Of a stretch of 64,000 bases of DNA, positions 1-9,649 are shown piece after piece. Below the pieces are notes generated by a model that had not been told where the DNA came from, searched no databases, and saw nothing but the letters and a program-made list of their open reading frames with translations. A program made the translations under genes and the position numbers. Source of the stretch: Candidatus Eiseniibacteriota bacterium (GTDB lineage Bacteria > Eisenbacteria > RBG-16-71-46 > CAIMUX01 > VGJL01); assembly GCA_963792585.1 (NCBI GenBank), contig CAWBWI010000006.1, positions 384,001 through 448,000 on the forward strand, written 5' to 3'. Numbering within the stretch: the stretch's first letter is position 1; each line of letters begins with the position of its first letter.

Positions 1-201
1 GACCTTGATCTGGGTACCTGCGAGTTCGGGGAAGAACTGCAGGGCGAAGCGCACCATACGGACGATTCGCGGCTTCGAGGGATGATCCAGGAGGGCGCGT
101 GTGAGAAGCGGCCCCTCGTAACCCGGCGGGGGCGGCTCCCCCACGAACGCCAGGCTCAACTGAATCGGAGCCGGATCGGTCCCTCTACGCGCTGCCCGCA
201 T
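1..201 (-). CDS. Hypothetical protein, N-terminal part (runs off the left edge)
   Basis: Manual translation from ATG at 201 gives MRAARRGTDPAPIQLSLAFV...VRFALQFFPELAGTQIKV, open to the window edge. Confidence 0.45.
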   Translation of the reverse strand, partial: MRAARRGTDPAPIQLSLAFVGEPPPPGYEGPLLTRALLDHPSKPRIVRMVRFALQFFPELAGTQIKV

Positions 202-242
202 GGCCCGAGTGTACCGGATGAATCCCTCGAGACGGTCCGGCG

Positions 243-476
243 CCTTCAACGCATTCCCCCATCCCCCTGTCATGTGGAGTTGCAGACCCAGCGTGCCACG
301 GGGATCCCAAGCAACGACCGGGCCAGCCCAGGGAACGCTTGCCCGATCCCCATGTGTGGACCCCCCCGGCAGCCTCGTGTACGATGGCGCGGGCGGAAGT
401 GGGTCTGCCCACGGCGGCTGTGGGGTTATCCAGAGGAAGCCCCGGCGCGCCCGCCGTGTGAGGGGGGAACGAGGGG
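243..476 (+). ncRNA. Candidate multi-branched structured RNA upstream of the OPT transporter, family unknown
   Basis: Nested stems 282-290/400-408, 292-298/385-391, 300-306/345-351, 308-312/337-341; side stem 410-417/451-458; closing stem 254-260/463-469; G-U pairs favour the + strand. Confidence 0.35.
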
Positions 477-527
477 TCCGACGCGCCTACCTCCATTCGA
501 AGCACCCTAGAAAGGAACGATGCCTGC

Positions 528-2477
528 ATGAGCAAGTCGAGCGGCCCTCCCGCGACCGGCACGCCTGCGGCAGACGCCGGTCATGGCGAGGAGATGGCGC
601 GCCTTCCCATCGAAGGCTTCAAGGGCACACCCGAAGAGATCGAGCAACAGTGGTACGATCAGGTCTACAAGGGCCGGGGCGACAGCATGCTCCAGCTCAC
701 CTGGCGCGCCGTCATCATGGGATCGGTCCTCGGCGGCGTTCTCTCCCTGACGAACCTCTACATCGGGCTCAAGGCGGGATGGGGCTTCGGGGTAGCCATC
801 ACCGCCTGCATCCTCTCCTATGCCATCTGGACCTTCTTCTACAAGGTCCGCATCGCCAAGAGCCCGATGACGATCCTCGAGAACAACTGCATGCAGTCGA
901 CCGCCAGCTCCGCCGGCTACTCCACGGGCGGGACGCTCGTCTCGGCCTTCGCCGCCTACATTCTCCTCAATGAACGAACGATGCCGGTTCCGATCATGAT
1001 GGGCTGGGTTTTCTTCCTGGCCATCCTGGGCGTCACGATGGCGATCCCGATGAAGCGGCAGATGATCAACATCGAGCAACTCCGCTTTCCAAGCGGGATC
1101 GCGGCCGCGGAGACCTTGCGCGCACTCCATTCGACCGGCTCGAAGGGAATGATGTCGGCGCGCGCCCTCGGGTGGGCCGGTCTCTTCGGCCTCGTGAGCA
1201 AGTTCTGGACGGAGGGTCTCGTCGAGATCAGCGCGAAGCTCGAACCGCTCATGCTCGGGACGTGGGTCGCCACCATGAACCAGAAGCTCTTCGGCCCCTC
1301 GTGGATGGGTCGGACCGTGCTCTTCTCCTGGGAACCGATGTTCATCGCGGCCGGCGCGATCACCGGCCTGCGCGTCTGCGTCTCAATGCTCCTCGGCAGC
1401 GTCCTCTGCTGGATGGTCTTCGCTCCATGGCTCCAGGCCCACGGCTACGTCGACGCCGCGGGAGGATACCGCGCGATCGTCAGCTGGACCTTGTGGGCCG
1501 GCACCGCCTGCATGGTGACCTCGGGACTCCTTGCCTTCGCGATGCAGTGGAAGAGCGCGGCGCGCGCCTTCAGTTCGATCGGAACGATGTTCAAGGCGTC
1601 CGGCGGCGCGAAGGTCACATCGGCGCTCGAATCGATCGAGGTGCCCCCGTCGTGGTTCTTCGCGGGGCAGGCGATCGGGTTCGCGGGCCTCGCCATCATG
1701 GGGCACATGACCTTCCACATGCCATACTGGCAGACTTTGATCGCAGTGGTCCTCTCCTTCGCGCTGGCCCTCGTCGCCTGCCGCGTGACCGGAGAGACCG
1801 ACACGACCCCCGTCGGCGCAATGGGGAAGATCACCCAGCTGACCTTCGGCGCGGTGAGCCCCGGCAACATGAACGTCAACTTGATGAGCGCGAACGTCAC
1901 GGCCGCGGCGGCCGGCGCTTCGGCCGACCTCCTGACGGACCTCAAGAGCGGTTACCTGCTCGGCGCGCACCCCAGGAAGCAGTTCATCGCGCAGTTCGCG
2001 GGGATCTTCGTCGGGACGCTGATTCCGGTCCTGGTCTTCAATATCCTCGTGCCGAACAGCAGCGTCCTCGGCTCCGATCAGTTCCCCGCCCCCGCCGCCC
2101 AGACGTGGAAGGCGGTCGCCGAGGCGTTGAGCCGCGGCCTTGCCGCCCTCGAGCCGGTCAAGGTCTGGTGCATCGCGATCGGCGGACTCGTCGGGATCAT
2201 CCTTCCGCTTCTGTCCAAGGCTTTCCCGAAGGCGAGCAAGTGGATCCCGTCCGCGGCCGGGCTCGGGCTCGCGTGGACATTCCACTGGTACTACGGCCTG
2301 CTCTTCTTCCTCGGCGCCGTGATCGGCTGGATCGTCGAGAAGAAGTATCCGAAGTGGTCGGAGGACTACACCTTCCCGGTGGCCTCCGGCGTGATCGCGG
2401 GCGAGAGCCTGATGGGTGTGGTGCTCGTGATCTGGCACAACGGCCCGGAGATGATCAAGAAGATCCTGGGGATGTGA
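528..2477 (+). CDS. OPT/YSL family oligopeptide transporter
   Basis: 649 aa, many TM segments; motifs NLYIGLKAG, ILENNCMQSTAS, LRFPSGIA, DLKSGYLLGA, ASGVIAGESL. Confidence 0.93.
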   Translation: MSKSSGPPATGTPAADAGHGEEMARLPIEGFKGTPEEIEQQWYDQVYKGRGDSMLQLTWRAVIMGSVLGGVLSLTNLYIGLKAGWGFGVAITACILSYAIWTFFYKVRIAKSPMTILENNCMQSTASSAGYSTGGTLVSAFAAYILLNERTMPVPIMMGWVFFLAILGVTMAIPMKRQMINIEQLRFPSGIAAAETLRALHSTGSKGMMSARALGWAGLFGLVSKFWTEGLVEISAKLEPLMLGTWVATMNQKLFGPSWMGRTVLFSWEPMFIAAGAITGLRVCVSMLLGSVLCWMVFAPWLQAHGYVDAAGGYRAIVSWTLWAGTACMVTSGLLAFAMQWKSAARAFSSIGTMFKASGGAKVTSALESIEVPPSWFFAGQAIGFAGLAIMGHMTFHMPYWQTLIAVVLSFALALVACRVTGETDTTPVGAMGKITQLTFGAVSPGNMNVNLMSANVTAAAAGASADLLTDLKSGYLLGAHPRKQFIAQFAGIFVGTLIPVLVFNILVPNSSVLGSDQFPAPAAQTWKAVAEALSRGLAALEPVKVWCIAIGGLVGIILPLLSKAFPKASKWIPSAAGLGLAWTFHWYYGLLFFLGAVIGWIVEKKYPKWSEDYTFPVASGVIAGESLMGVVLVIWHNGPEMIKKILGM

Positions 2478-2643
2478 TCCGCGCCGGCCGGGCGGACTCC
2501 GCCCCGGCCGGCAGTTCCTCCTGAGGGCGCTTGGGACGCGGTTCGCGCGTCTCCCCGGCGCCCTCCCCCATTTTCCTGCGACCGCGGGCCCCCCTTCAGG
2601 TGTCTCCCAATTGCGGGCGTAGAATCGTCTTCGTCGCCTGCGG

Positions 2644-3222
2644 ATGGGAGCAACCTTGGATCACCCGGAAACCTGGCAGCGTCTGATGAGCCTCCTCGCT
2701 CCGGTGCACGATCGCGCCGCGGCGACGGCGCGCCGACTCAGTCGCTCGTCGGCGGAGGGGGACGACCTCCTCCAGGAGGCGATCCTGCGGGCCCACGAGA
2801 AGCTCCATTCGCTGCGTGACGAAGCGCGCTTCGCGTCCTGGTTCTACGCCGTGCTCCTGAGCGTTCACCGAAACCGCTCCCGGCAGGGCTTCTGGCGCCG
2901 TTTCCTCTCCCTCGAGGGAACCCTGGCGACCGGGGGTTTCGATCCGCCGGGTGAGGACGGGATCGCCTGGGAACGGCAACGTCAGCAAGCGGACCGGGTG
3001 TCCCGGGCTCTGGCCCGCTTGCCGGCGGTTCAACGTGAGGCCGTCGTTCTCGGCGACATCGAGGGGTACTCGATCGACGAGATCGCGGCCATCCAGCGCG
3101 TCTCGGCCTCGGCGGTGAAGTCGCGGCTCGCGCGTGGTCGCGAGCGACTGCGACGCTCCTATGCCTGGCTTGGACGACAGGATCCCACCCTTGGACTGCA
3201 GGCGCGAGAGGAGGCGGTATGA
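2644..3222 (+). CDS. ECF RNA polymerase sigma factor (sigma70 family)
   Basis: Region 2 [11 protein letters not shown]...FASWFY; region 4 [14 protein letters not shown]...[24 protein letters not shown]. Confidence 0.92.
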   Translation: MGATLDHPETWQRLMSLLAPVHDRAAATARRLSRSSAEGDDLLQEAILRAHEKLHSLRDEARFASWFYAVLLSVHRNRSRQGFWRRFLSLEGTLATGGFDPPGEDGIAWERQRQQADRVSRALARLPAVQREAVVLGDIEGYSIDEIAAIQRVSASAVKSRLARGRERLRRSYAWLGRQDPTLGLQAREEAV

Positions 3223-4169
3223 ACGATCCTCGGAGTGATTCCCCGAATCAGTCGACGGGAAAGCAGACGATCGATCGTGGAATCGATGAGGACATGGAGG
3301 CCCTTCGCTGCGTCACGGTCCGCGACCTACCGACGTTCGAACAGACCGCGCGGGTGATGCGCACGCGCGCCGCGCGGCCTTCCCGGGAGGGTTTCATGAT
3401 CCGCAGGATACGCACCCTGGTCGCGCGCCCCTGGCTGGCGACGGCCTTCGGAATCGCCGCCGTCGCCTTGATCCTCTTGGCGATCCCCTTCACCTACTCG
3501 CGGACGACCGGCTATGAAGTCCGTGTGAGCATCGGCCCGCCTGCGCCCAGCCTCGCCGCGCTCCAACCCGTCATCGATCGCATCCAGTCGGCGCTGCACG
3601 TCGATCGGGTGACGGTCTCGACCGACCTCGGGGTCACGCTCAGCGCGCGGCTCCCCCTCGGCTCGCGCCCGCGTATCGAGAAGGGACTCGCTGCCTTGGC
3701 GCCGGCCATCGCATCGCTCGGCCCGACGGCGCGCACGGAGATCCGGCCGATCGTCGAACGCGTCTCAGGAACTGTCTACGCGATGGCGAATTCCCGCATC
3801 GTCAACCTTTATGTCGATCGCGAGGGGAAGAGCCTCGCGGAAATCGAGGCGGACCTGCGCGCACAGCTCGCGGCGGCCGGTCTGCCGGGCGCAGCGGTCA
3901 GCGTCACCCAAGAGGGGGACCAGATGCGGATGGAGATGAACTGGGAGGCGCCCCCGGGGGACTCGCTCGACGCACCCATCGATGTGAACATCACGATGGA
4001 CGGGAACTCCCAGGGAAATCAGCGGGTGGCGAAGATCACGGGCGGACAGTCGATGACGGACGCTGAGATCAAGGCGGAGATCGAGCGTCAGCTCCTCGAG
4101 CAGGGGACCCGCAATCCTCAGGTGGAAGTCCGGGACGGCAAGGTTGTCTCGGTCCGGCACGATCCGTAG
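3219..4169 (+). CDS. Probable anti-sigma factor, single-TM membrane protein
   Basis: ATGA overlap with the ECF gene; short cytoplasmic N-terminus, one TM ([20 protein letters not shown]), extracytoplasmic C-terminus. Confidence 0.6.
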   Translation: MNDPRSDSPNQSTGKQTIDRGIDEDMEALRCVTVRDLPTFEQTARVMRTRAARPSREGFMIRRIRTLVARPWLATAFGIAAVALILLAIPFTYSRTTGYEVRVSIGPPAPSLAALQPVIDRIQSALHVDRVTVSTDLGVTLSARLPLGSRPRIEKGLAALAPAIASLGPTARTEIRPIVERVSGTVYAMANSRIVNLYVDREGKSLAEIEADLRAQLAAAGLPGAAVSVTQEGDQMRMEMNWEAPPGDSLDAPIDVNITMDGNSQGNQRVAKITGGQSMTDAEIKAEIERQLLEQGTRNPQVEVRDGKVVSVRHDP

Positions 4170-4331
4170 CCGATCGGACCGCCGCGTCCTTCGAGAAGAA
4201 CCGGTCCCGGGTGGCCTCCGACCGCCCGGGATCGAGCTTTCCGTGCCTGCCGGGCCCCCCTGGGACGCCTGCCGTCCTTGCCCGCCCCTCCGCAGCTAAG
4301 GTATCCTCCCCCAGTCCCCCGAAAGGCGCCA

Positions 4332-5369
4332 ATGATCGCGACGCATCCACCCATTCTGCGCATCATGCGGATCCATCAGGCGATCCGCGAGAAGCGCTAT
4401 CCGAATGTGCCCGGCCTGGCGAAGCTCCTCGAGGTTTCGCGCAGGACGGTGCAGCGCGATATCGAGTTCCTCCGGGACCAGCTTTCGGCGCCGCTTGCCT
4501 TCAACCCGCTGGAGGGCGGCTACGAATACACCGAGCTGGGTTTCTCGCTGCCGGACGTTCAGATGACCGAGGGGGAAGTCCTCGCGCTGATGGTGGCCGA
4601 CCGCGCCCTTTCGGCATACCGGGGCACGGAGTACGAAGAGCTGCTCCGACATCTGCTCCACAAGGCCATCGCCGCCCTCGGCGATCAGCAGACCATTTCG
4701 CCTCAGGCGATCGAGAAAGCCTATTCCTTCGGCCACACGGCCCCACCGTCCCGGATCGACATGGCCATCTTCGCCAAGATCGAGAAGGCCGTTCGCGAAC
4801 GGGAAACCCTGGAAGTCGTCTACCGCACGCAGAGCCGGGACACGACGGGCCGGCGTCGGCTCGATCCGTATCATCTGGCCAATGTCGATGGGGACTGGTT
4901 CCTGCTCGCCTACTGCCACGAGCATCAGGAGGTTCGCGTCTTCAAGCCCTCGCGGATCCGTTCGATCAAGGAGACGGGGCAGATCTTCGTCCCCCGTAAC
5001 TTCGATCCAACCGAATTCCTGCAGACGAAGCTCGGGACGATGTCGGGCGATCGGATTTTCGAGGCCGTCCTTCGCTTCGACCCCACGCTTGCCGGCCACA
5101 TCCTGGAAAGGGACTGGGCCGCCGGCTACAAGGTCCAGACCCTGATGAGCGGCGGCGTCGAGATCACGTTCAAGAGCGAGAACGCGGACGCCGTGATCCG
5201 GTGGTGCCTGAGCTGGGGTCCCGGCGCGGAAGTCGTCTCCCCGCCCTGGGTCCGGCGTAGGGCTCGGCAGATCCTCACCCAACTCGTCCGACACTACGAG
5301 GCCCGCGTGCGGCCGATTCGCACGTCGCCCCGCCGGCAGCGCCCTCCGTCCCGCCCTCCGTCCCACTGA
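4332..5369 (+). CDS. HTH-WYL-WCX transcriptional regulator (PafB/PafC/YafY-like)
   Basis: HTH LAKLLEVSRRTVQRDIEFLRD; WYL core RRLDPYHL...WFLLAYC...VRVFKPSRI; WCX WCLSWGPGAEVVSPP; start re-called to ATG 4332. Confidence 0.92.
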   Translation: MIATHPPILRIMRIHQAIREKRYPNVPGLAKLLEVSRRTVQRDIEFLRDQLSAPLAFNPLEGGYEYTELGFSLPDVQMTEGEVLALMVADRALSAYRGTEYEELLRHLLHKAIAALGDQQTISPQAIEKAYSFGHTAPPSRIDMAIFAKIEKAVRERETLEVVYRTQSRDTTGRRRLDPYHLANVDGDWFLLAYCHEHQEVRVFKPSRIRSIKETGQIFVPRNFDPTEFLQTKLGTMSGDRIFEAVLRFDPTLAGHILERDWAAGYKVQTLMSGGVEITFKSENADAVIRWCLSWGPGAEVVSPPWVRRRARQILTQLVRHYEARVRPIRTSPRRQRPPSRPPSH

Positions 5370-5465
5370 CGAGGAGCCGTCCACCCGAACGCACCATGAA
5401 CCCGGGCGGCGATCGCGCCGGCCATACCACGAAGACCCTTTACCGAGACCCTAAGGAGAACCCCG

Positions 5466-6029
5466 ATGTCGATCGCCGCCACGCAGTTGAGAGTCGGCAA
5501 CGTCGTCATGTACAACGGCGAGCCGCACCGTCTTACGAAGGTCATGCACATCACGCCCGGCAACTGGCGCGGGATGGTCCAGGCGCAGATGGTCAACCTG
5601 CGCAACGGCAACAAGTACGACTACCGGTACCGGTCCGATGAGAAGGTCGAAGTCCTCTCCCTGGATAGCCACTCCCTGAAGTACATGTACAAGCAGGGAA
5701 CCGAGTACCACTTCATGAACACCGAAACCTACGAGCTGATGAGCCTCGAGGCGGACGTCTTGGGCGACACCATCTACTACCTGGTCGAGGAAGGGGAGGT
5801 CGAGGCGCACTACTACGAAGGCCGCCCCGTGTCGATCGAAGTCCCTATCTTCGTGATCCTTACGGTCGCCGATACGGAGCCCCTCCTGAAGGGCGCCACC
5901 GTCACCTCCTCCCCGAAGCGGGCGGTCACCGATACCGGCCTCGAAATCAAGGTGCCCCAGTTCGTCGACATCGGGGACAAGGTCAAGATCGACACCCGGG
6001 ACGGGCAGTTCGTGGAGCGGGCAAACTAA
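5466..6029 (+). CDS. efp: Elongation factor P with non-canonical PGNW loop
   Basis: 187 aa; FMNTETYE, KRAVTDTGLEIKVPQFVDIGDKVKIDTRDGQFVER; RBS AAGGAG. Confidence 0.97.
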   Translation: MSIAATQLRVGNVVMYNGEPHRLTKVMHITPGNWRGMVQAQMVNLRNGNKYDYRYRSDEKVEVLSLDSHSLKYMYKQGTEYHFMNTETYELMSLEADVLGDTIYYLVEEGEVEAHYYEGRPVSIEVPIFVILTVADTEPLLKGATVTSSPKRAVTDTGLEIKVPQFVDIGDKVKIDTRDGQFVERAN

Positions 6030-6068
6030 AATAGCAGCTTTCGATGGATTTCTGACCTCCCGTTCAGC

Positions 6069-6074
6069 TATAAT
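6069..6074 (+). promoter_or_regulatory. Sigma70 -10 element for paralog 1
   Basis: Perfect TATAAT about 6 nt before the conserved leader; -35 weak. Confidence 0.55.
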
Positions 6075-6080
6075 TTTACT

Positions 6081-6166
6081 GCCATCCTGCGACTCTTATG
6101 CATAAGCCAGGGTCGAGGGACACTGCCGGCAGAAACATCTTTGGTTGTCACGCTAGGGAGGTTCAC
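6081..6166 (+). promoter_or_regulatory. Structured 5' leader, copy 1 (divergent)
   Basis: Stem CGACTC/GGGTCG enclosing palindrome CTTATGCATAAG (6095-6106); then palindrome CTGCCGGCAG (6123-6132), CATCTTTG and RBS GGGAGG. Confidence 0.6.
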
Positions 6167-7867
6167 ATGCGCCTTGTTTCTGTGCTTTGCGTCACGGTTT
6201 TGGCGCTGGGCATCTGTTCCGCCGTCGCGTTCGCGGACAAACCGGTCAAGACCGAGGAGCCCGAGTGGCACTGGGATCTGACCGGGTCGCGCGCGACGTA
6301 CGCGGAGGTGGAGCCCAACGACAATTGCGCCACGGCCCAGACGATGGCCTGCGGCGACGTCATCGACCCGGCCCAGATCGACATTGCCGGGGACAATGAC
6401 TGGTACGCCTTCCAGGGTACCGCGGGGATCCCGATCACCATCGGGACCGACGCGTCGGATCTATGCGATCCCGACGCTGGAGACACATACATCTACTTGA
6501 TGTCGAGCGACTGCACAACGCAGCTCGCGGCCGATGACGATTCGGGCCCTGGTCTCTACTCCTTGATCAGCAACTACAACGCAACGTACACCGGCACCTA
6601 CTACGCGAGGGTCCGCCATTACAGCTCGAGCAGCACCGGCTGCTACAAGCTGTTCGTCAACTGCGCTCCCCCGGCCACGGGCGCATGCTGCCTCGCGGGC
6701 GGCGCATGCGAGGTGCTGACCCAAGCGGACTGCGGCACTGCCGGCGGCCAGTATCAGGGTGACAACACCGTTTGCCAGCCGAATCCCTGTCCGCAGCCTC
6801 CGGTGAACGACACCTGCGCCGGCGCGATCGCGATGGAGCGCTGCGGCAGTGGTCAGTTCACAGGCAGCCTCGCGGCCGGAGTCAACGACTACAGCCCGAC
6901 GAACGGCTGCACCGGCTACGCGGCGAACGGTAAGGATGTGGTCTACGTGGCAACCATGCTAGCTGGAGACATCCTTCACCTGGTTTACACGACGCCCGCG
7001 TACGATGGATCCCTCTATGTACTGACCGACTGCGCCGACATGGCCAGTTGCGTGATCGGCGAGGACGATCCCGAGCCCGAGACGATCAACTGGACCGCCA
7101 CGTCGACCGGGACGTTCTACATCATCGCCGATGCCTACACGACCAACGGAGGATCCGACTTCACGCTCGACTGGTCCATCACCTGCCCGCCGCCGGTTGG
7201 CGCCTGCTGCCTCCCCGACGGAACCTGCCTTGTCATCGCCGAGGTGGACTGCCTGAACATGGGCGGCGTGTGGTACGGCCCGACGGTCGGTTGCGACCCG
7301 AATCCGTGCCCGCCACCTGTCTTCGCCTGCTGCTTCCCCGGCGGTCAGTGCGTGATGCTCCCGGAAGCGGACTGCCTGGCTCAGGGCGGCGCGCCGCTCT
7401 TCGGCGTGGACTGCGAGCCGGTCAATCCGTGCGAGCAGCCTCCGATGGCATGCTGCTTCACCGATGGTCACTGTGAGTTCGTGACAGAGGCTCTTTGCAT
7501 CGAGCTCGGTGGCGTACCGCAAGGCTACGGCACCAACTGCGAGCCGAATCTCTGCCCGCAGCCGGCCATGGCTTGCTGCTTCACGGACGGCCATTGCGAG
7601 TACGTGACCGCGGACACCTGCCTGGCCCTCGGTGGCGCACCGCAGGGCCTCGGCACCGACTGCGAACCCAACGACTGCCCGCAGCCCCCGGCCACGGGCG
7701 CCTGCTGCCTCGATGACCAGGGTCACTGCCAGGTCCTCACGCAGGAGGAGTGCGTTGGTCAGGGCGGCGCCTACCAGGGGGACGACACGAGCTGTGATCC
7801 GAATCCCTGCCCGATCGTCCCGACGCAGAACTCCACTTGGGGCCAGATCAAGGCGAACTACCGCTAG
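6167..7867 (+). CDS. Secreted protein: two PPC-like domains, six 6-Cys ACC repeats, C-terminal TWGQIKANYR
   Basis: Signal peptide ending AFA; EVEPND and DWY..DTY..DDD motifs; xACC-x4-5-C..C...GG...C..C repeats; start set by RBS. Confidence 0.85.
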   Translation: MRLVSVLCVTVLALGICSAVAFADKPVKTEEPEWHWDLTGSRATYAEVEPNDNCATAQTMACGDVIDPAQIDIAGDNDWYAFQGTAGIPITIGTDASDLCDPDAGDTYIYLMSSDCTTQLAADDDSGPGLYSLISNYNATYTGTYYARVRHYSSSSTGCYKLFVNCAPPATGACCLAGGACEVLTQADCGTAGGQYQGDNTVCQPNPCPQPPVNDTCAGAIAMERCGSGQFTGSLAAGVNDYSPTNGCTGYAANGKDVVYVATMLAGDILHLVYTTPAYDGSLYVLTDCADMASCVIGEDDPEPETINWTATSTGTFYIIADAYTTNGGSDFTLDWSITCPPPVGACCLPDGTCLVIAEVDCLNMGGVWYGPTVGCDPNPCPPPVFACCFPGGQCVMLPEADCLAQGGAPLFGVDCEPVNPCEQPPMACCFTDGHCEFVTEALCIELGGVPQGYGTNCEPNLCPQPAMACCFTDGHCEYVTADTCLALGGAPQGLGTDCEPNDCPQPPATGACCLDDQGHCQVLTQEECVGQGGAYQGDDTSCDPNPCPIVPTQNSTWGQIKANYR

Positions 7868-7890
7868 CCTTCATCGAACCTGCGCATCCC

Positions 7891-7928
7891 GAAGGCCCCG
7901 CCCCCTCCAGGGGGCGGGGCCTTCTTCC
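7891..7928 (+). terminator. Intrinsic terminator
   Basis: 15-bp stem GAAGGCCCCGCCCCC/GGGGGCGGGGCCTTC with TCCA loop and pyrimidine tail. Confidence 0.8.
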
Positions 7929-8115
7929 TGGCCGTATCCCAGGCCTGTGTCGCGCGACGAACCTATAGCCTTCGTTTCCAGATCGTGTCAGGAGTGGGGG
8001 TTACGATCATGATCGCTCCGGATGGACCCGTTTTGAGATCAGTTAGCCTCATAGACCCAAGCTCGCGGACGCCCGGCTAACCTATTTTATATGCACGCAT
8101 TAACTCACTTTTCGC

Positions 8116-8144
8116 TTGCCACTATGTGCGCAAAATCGTAAACT
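8116..8144 (+). promoter_or_regulatory. Sigma70 promoter for paralog 2
   Basis: TTGCCA-N17-TAAACT in an AT-rich patch. Confidence 0.7.
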
Positions 8145-8148
8145 TTAT

Positions 8149-8236
8149 TTGCTCGTGAACTTCCCCCTCACGGTACCGACAGGGGAGGGCGCGAGGTGCA
8201 ATCTGCTAGCAGAATCATCTTTGTGAGGAGGTTCTC
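8149..8236 (+). promoter_or_regulatory. Structured 5' leader, copy 2
   Basis: Stem-loop with CGGTACCG in the loop, then TCTGCTAGCAGA; 27-nt and 22-nt blocks identical to copy 3. Confidence 0.75.
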
Positions 8237-9421
8237 ATGCGTCTTGTGTCTGTAATCTGCATCCTCTTGGCACTCGGCTTTGTGGCCGGCAATGCCATGG
8301 CCGACAAGGCCAAAATCGACGATCCCAACTGGCACTGGGTGTTCGACGGCAGCCGTACCGTCTATCCGGAGCAGGAGCCGAATGACACCTGCCCCGGCCA
8401 GGCAATGAGCTGCGGCGACATCATCAATCCTGCCTACCTGACCGCAGGCGAGCAGGACTGGTACCGCTTCTACGCGAATACCGGCGATCCTCTGACCATC
8501 GGCACCGACGCTCTCAACGGCAGCTCGACGGACACCTACCTCGAGCTGTACTTCGAGTGCGGCGCCGACATCATCGCTCAGGACGACGACGGCGGTCCGG
8601 GGCTGTTCTCGCTCATCAGCAACTTCCCTGCCCCGTACACTGGTTACTACGATGTGAAGGTTCGCGGTTACGGATCGACTTCCGCAGGCGAGTACATCAT
8701 GTTCGTCAACTGCCTGCCTCCGGGCGTGGGCGCCTGCTGCTTCGTTGACGGTCACTGCGTCGTCGACTCCCAGGTCAACTGCGGCAACGCCGGCGGTTCG
8801 TACCAGGGCGACAACACGGTGTGCGACCCGAATCCGTGCCCGCAGCCGCCTGAGCCGCCTGAGAATGACCTCTGCAGCGGCGCGATTGCCATCGATCCCT
8901 GCTCGGCCGGAACGATCACCGGCGACCTTACCTGGGCAAACGCCGACTACAGCCCGTTGAACAACTGCACCGGCTACTCCGCGAGCGGCAAGGACGTCGT
9001 GTACTTGCTCAACGTGACTGCCGGCGACGCCGTCCATGTCGTCTACACCACGCCGAGCTACGACGGATCCATTTACATCCTCTCGGATTGTGCCGACATG
9101 AACAGCTGCGTGATCGGCGAGGACGATCCCGAGCCCGAGACGTTCACCTGGAACGTGACGGCCACCGGGACCTACTACCTGATCGCGGACGCCTACGCCA
9201 CCGGCGGCGGCGGTCCGTTCACAATCGACTACAGCATCACCTGCCCGATTCCCGAGGCTTGCTGCTTCGATGACGGTAGCTGCCAGATGCTGATGGCCGC
9301 TGACTGTCGCGCCCAGGGCGGAACTCCGCAGGGTGGCGGCACGAACTGCGACGGCGTCGAGTGTGAGATCGTCCCCACCGAGAACACGACGTGGGGCCAG
9401 ATCAAGTCCTCGTATCGGTAG
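8237..9421 (+). CDS. Secreted paralog 2: two PPC-like domains, two Cys repeats, C-terminal TWGQIKSSYR
   Basis: Signal peptide ending AMA; aligns with 6167-7867 and 9739-10803. Confidence 0.85.
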   Translation: MRLVSVICILLALGFVAGNAMADKAKIDDPNWHWVFDGSRTVYPEQEPNDTCPGQAMSCGDIINPAYLTAGEQDWYRFYANTGDPLTIGTDALNGSSTDTYLELYFECGADIIAQDDDGGPGLFSLISNFPAPYTGYYDVKVRGYGSTSAGEYIMFVNCLPPGVGACCFVDGHCVVDSQVNCGNAGGSYQGDNTVCDPNPCPQPPEPPENDLCSGAIAIDPCSAGTITGDLTWANADYSPLNNCTGYSASGKDVVYLLNVTAGDAVHVVYTTPSYDGSIYILSDCADMNSCVIGEDDPEPETFTWNVTATGTYYLIADAYATGGGGPFTIDYSITCPIPEACCFDDGSCQMLMAADCRAQGGTPQGGGTNCDGVECEIVPTENTTWGQIKSSYR

Positions 9422-9446
9422 ACATACGTTCTGATTGACGCTTCTC

Positions 9447-9485
9447 GACGCCCCCTCCGCCCCGTGCGGAGGGGGCGTCTACGTT
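9447..9485 (+). terminator. Terminator-like hairpin
   Basis: 14-bp stem GACGCCCCCTCCGC/GCGGAGGGGGCGTC; weak U-tail. Confidence 0.65.
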
Positions 9486-9616
9486 CGTAGCGGAGCTCTG
9501 CCCCCGCAACCCTCCGGGCTCGGAAGCCTCGCACGTCATTACGCCGCCTGATCCACATTGCCCCCGTCCATCAGGCCCAACTTATGACCTTGGGCAGGAT
9601 CAGGGCCTCTTTTCAG

Positions 9617-9644
9617 TTGCAGTTTAGGTTCTATTGTATATAAT
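9617..9644 (+). promoter_or_regulatory. Sigma70 promoter for paralog 3
   Basis: TTGCAG-N16-TATAAT in an AT-rich patch. Confidence 0.7.
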
Positions 9645-9649
9645 TCTAA

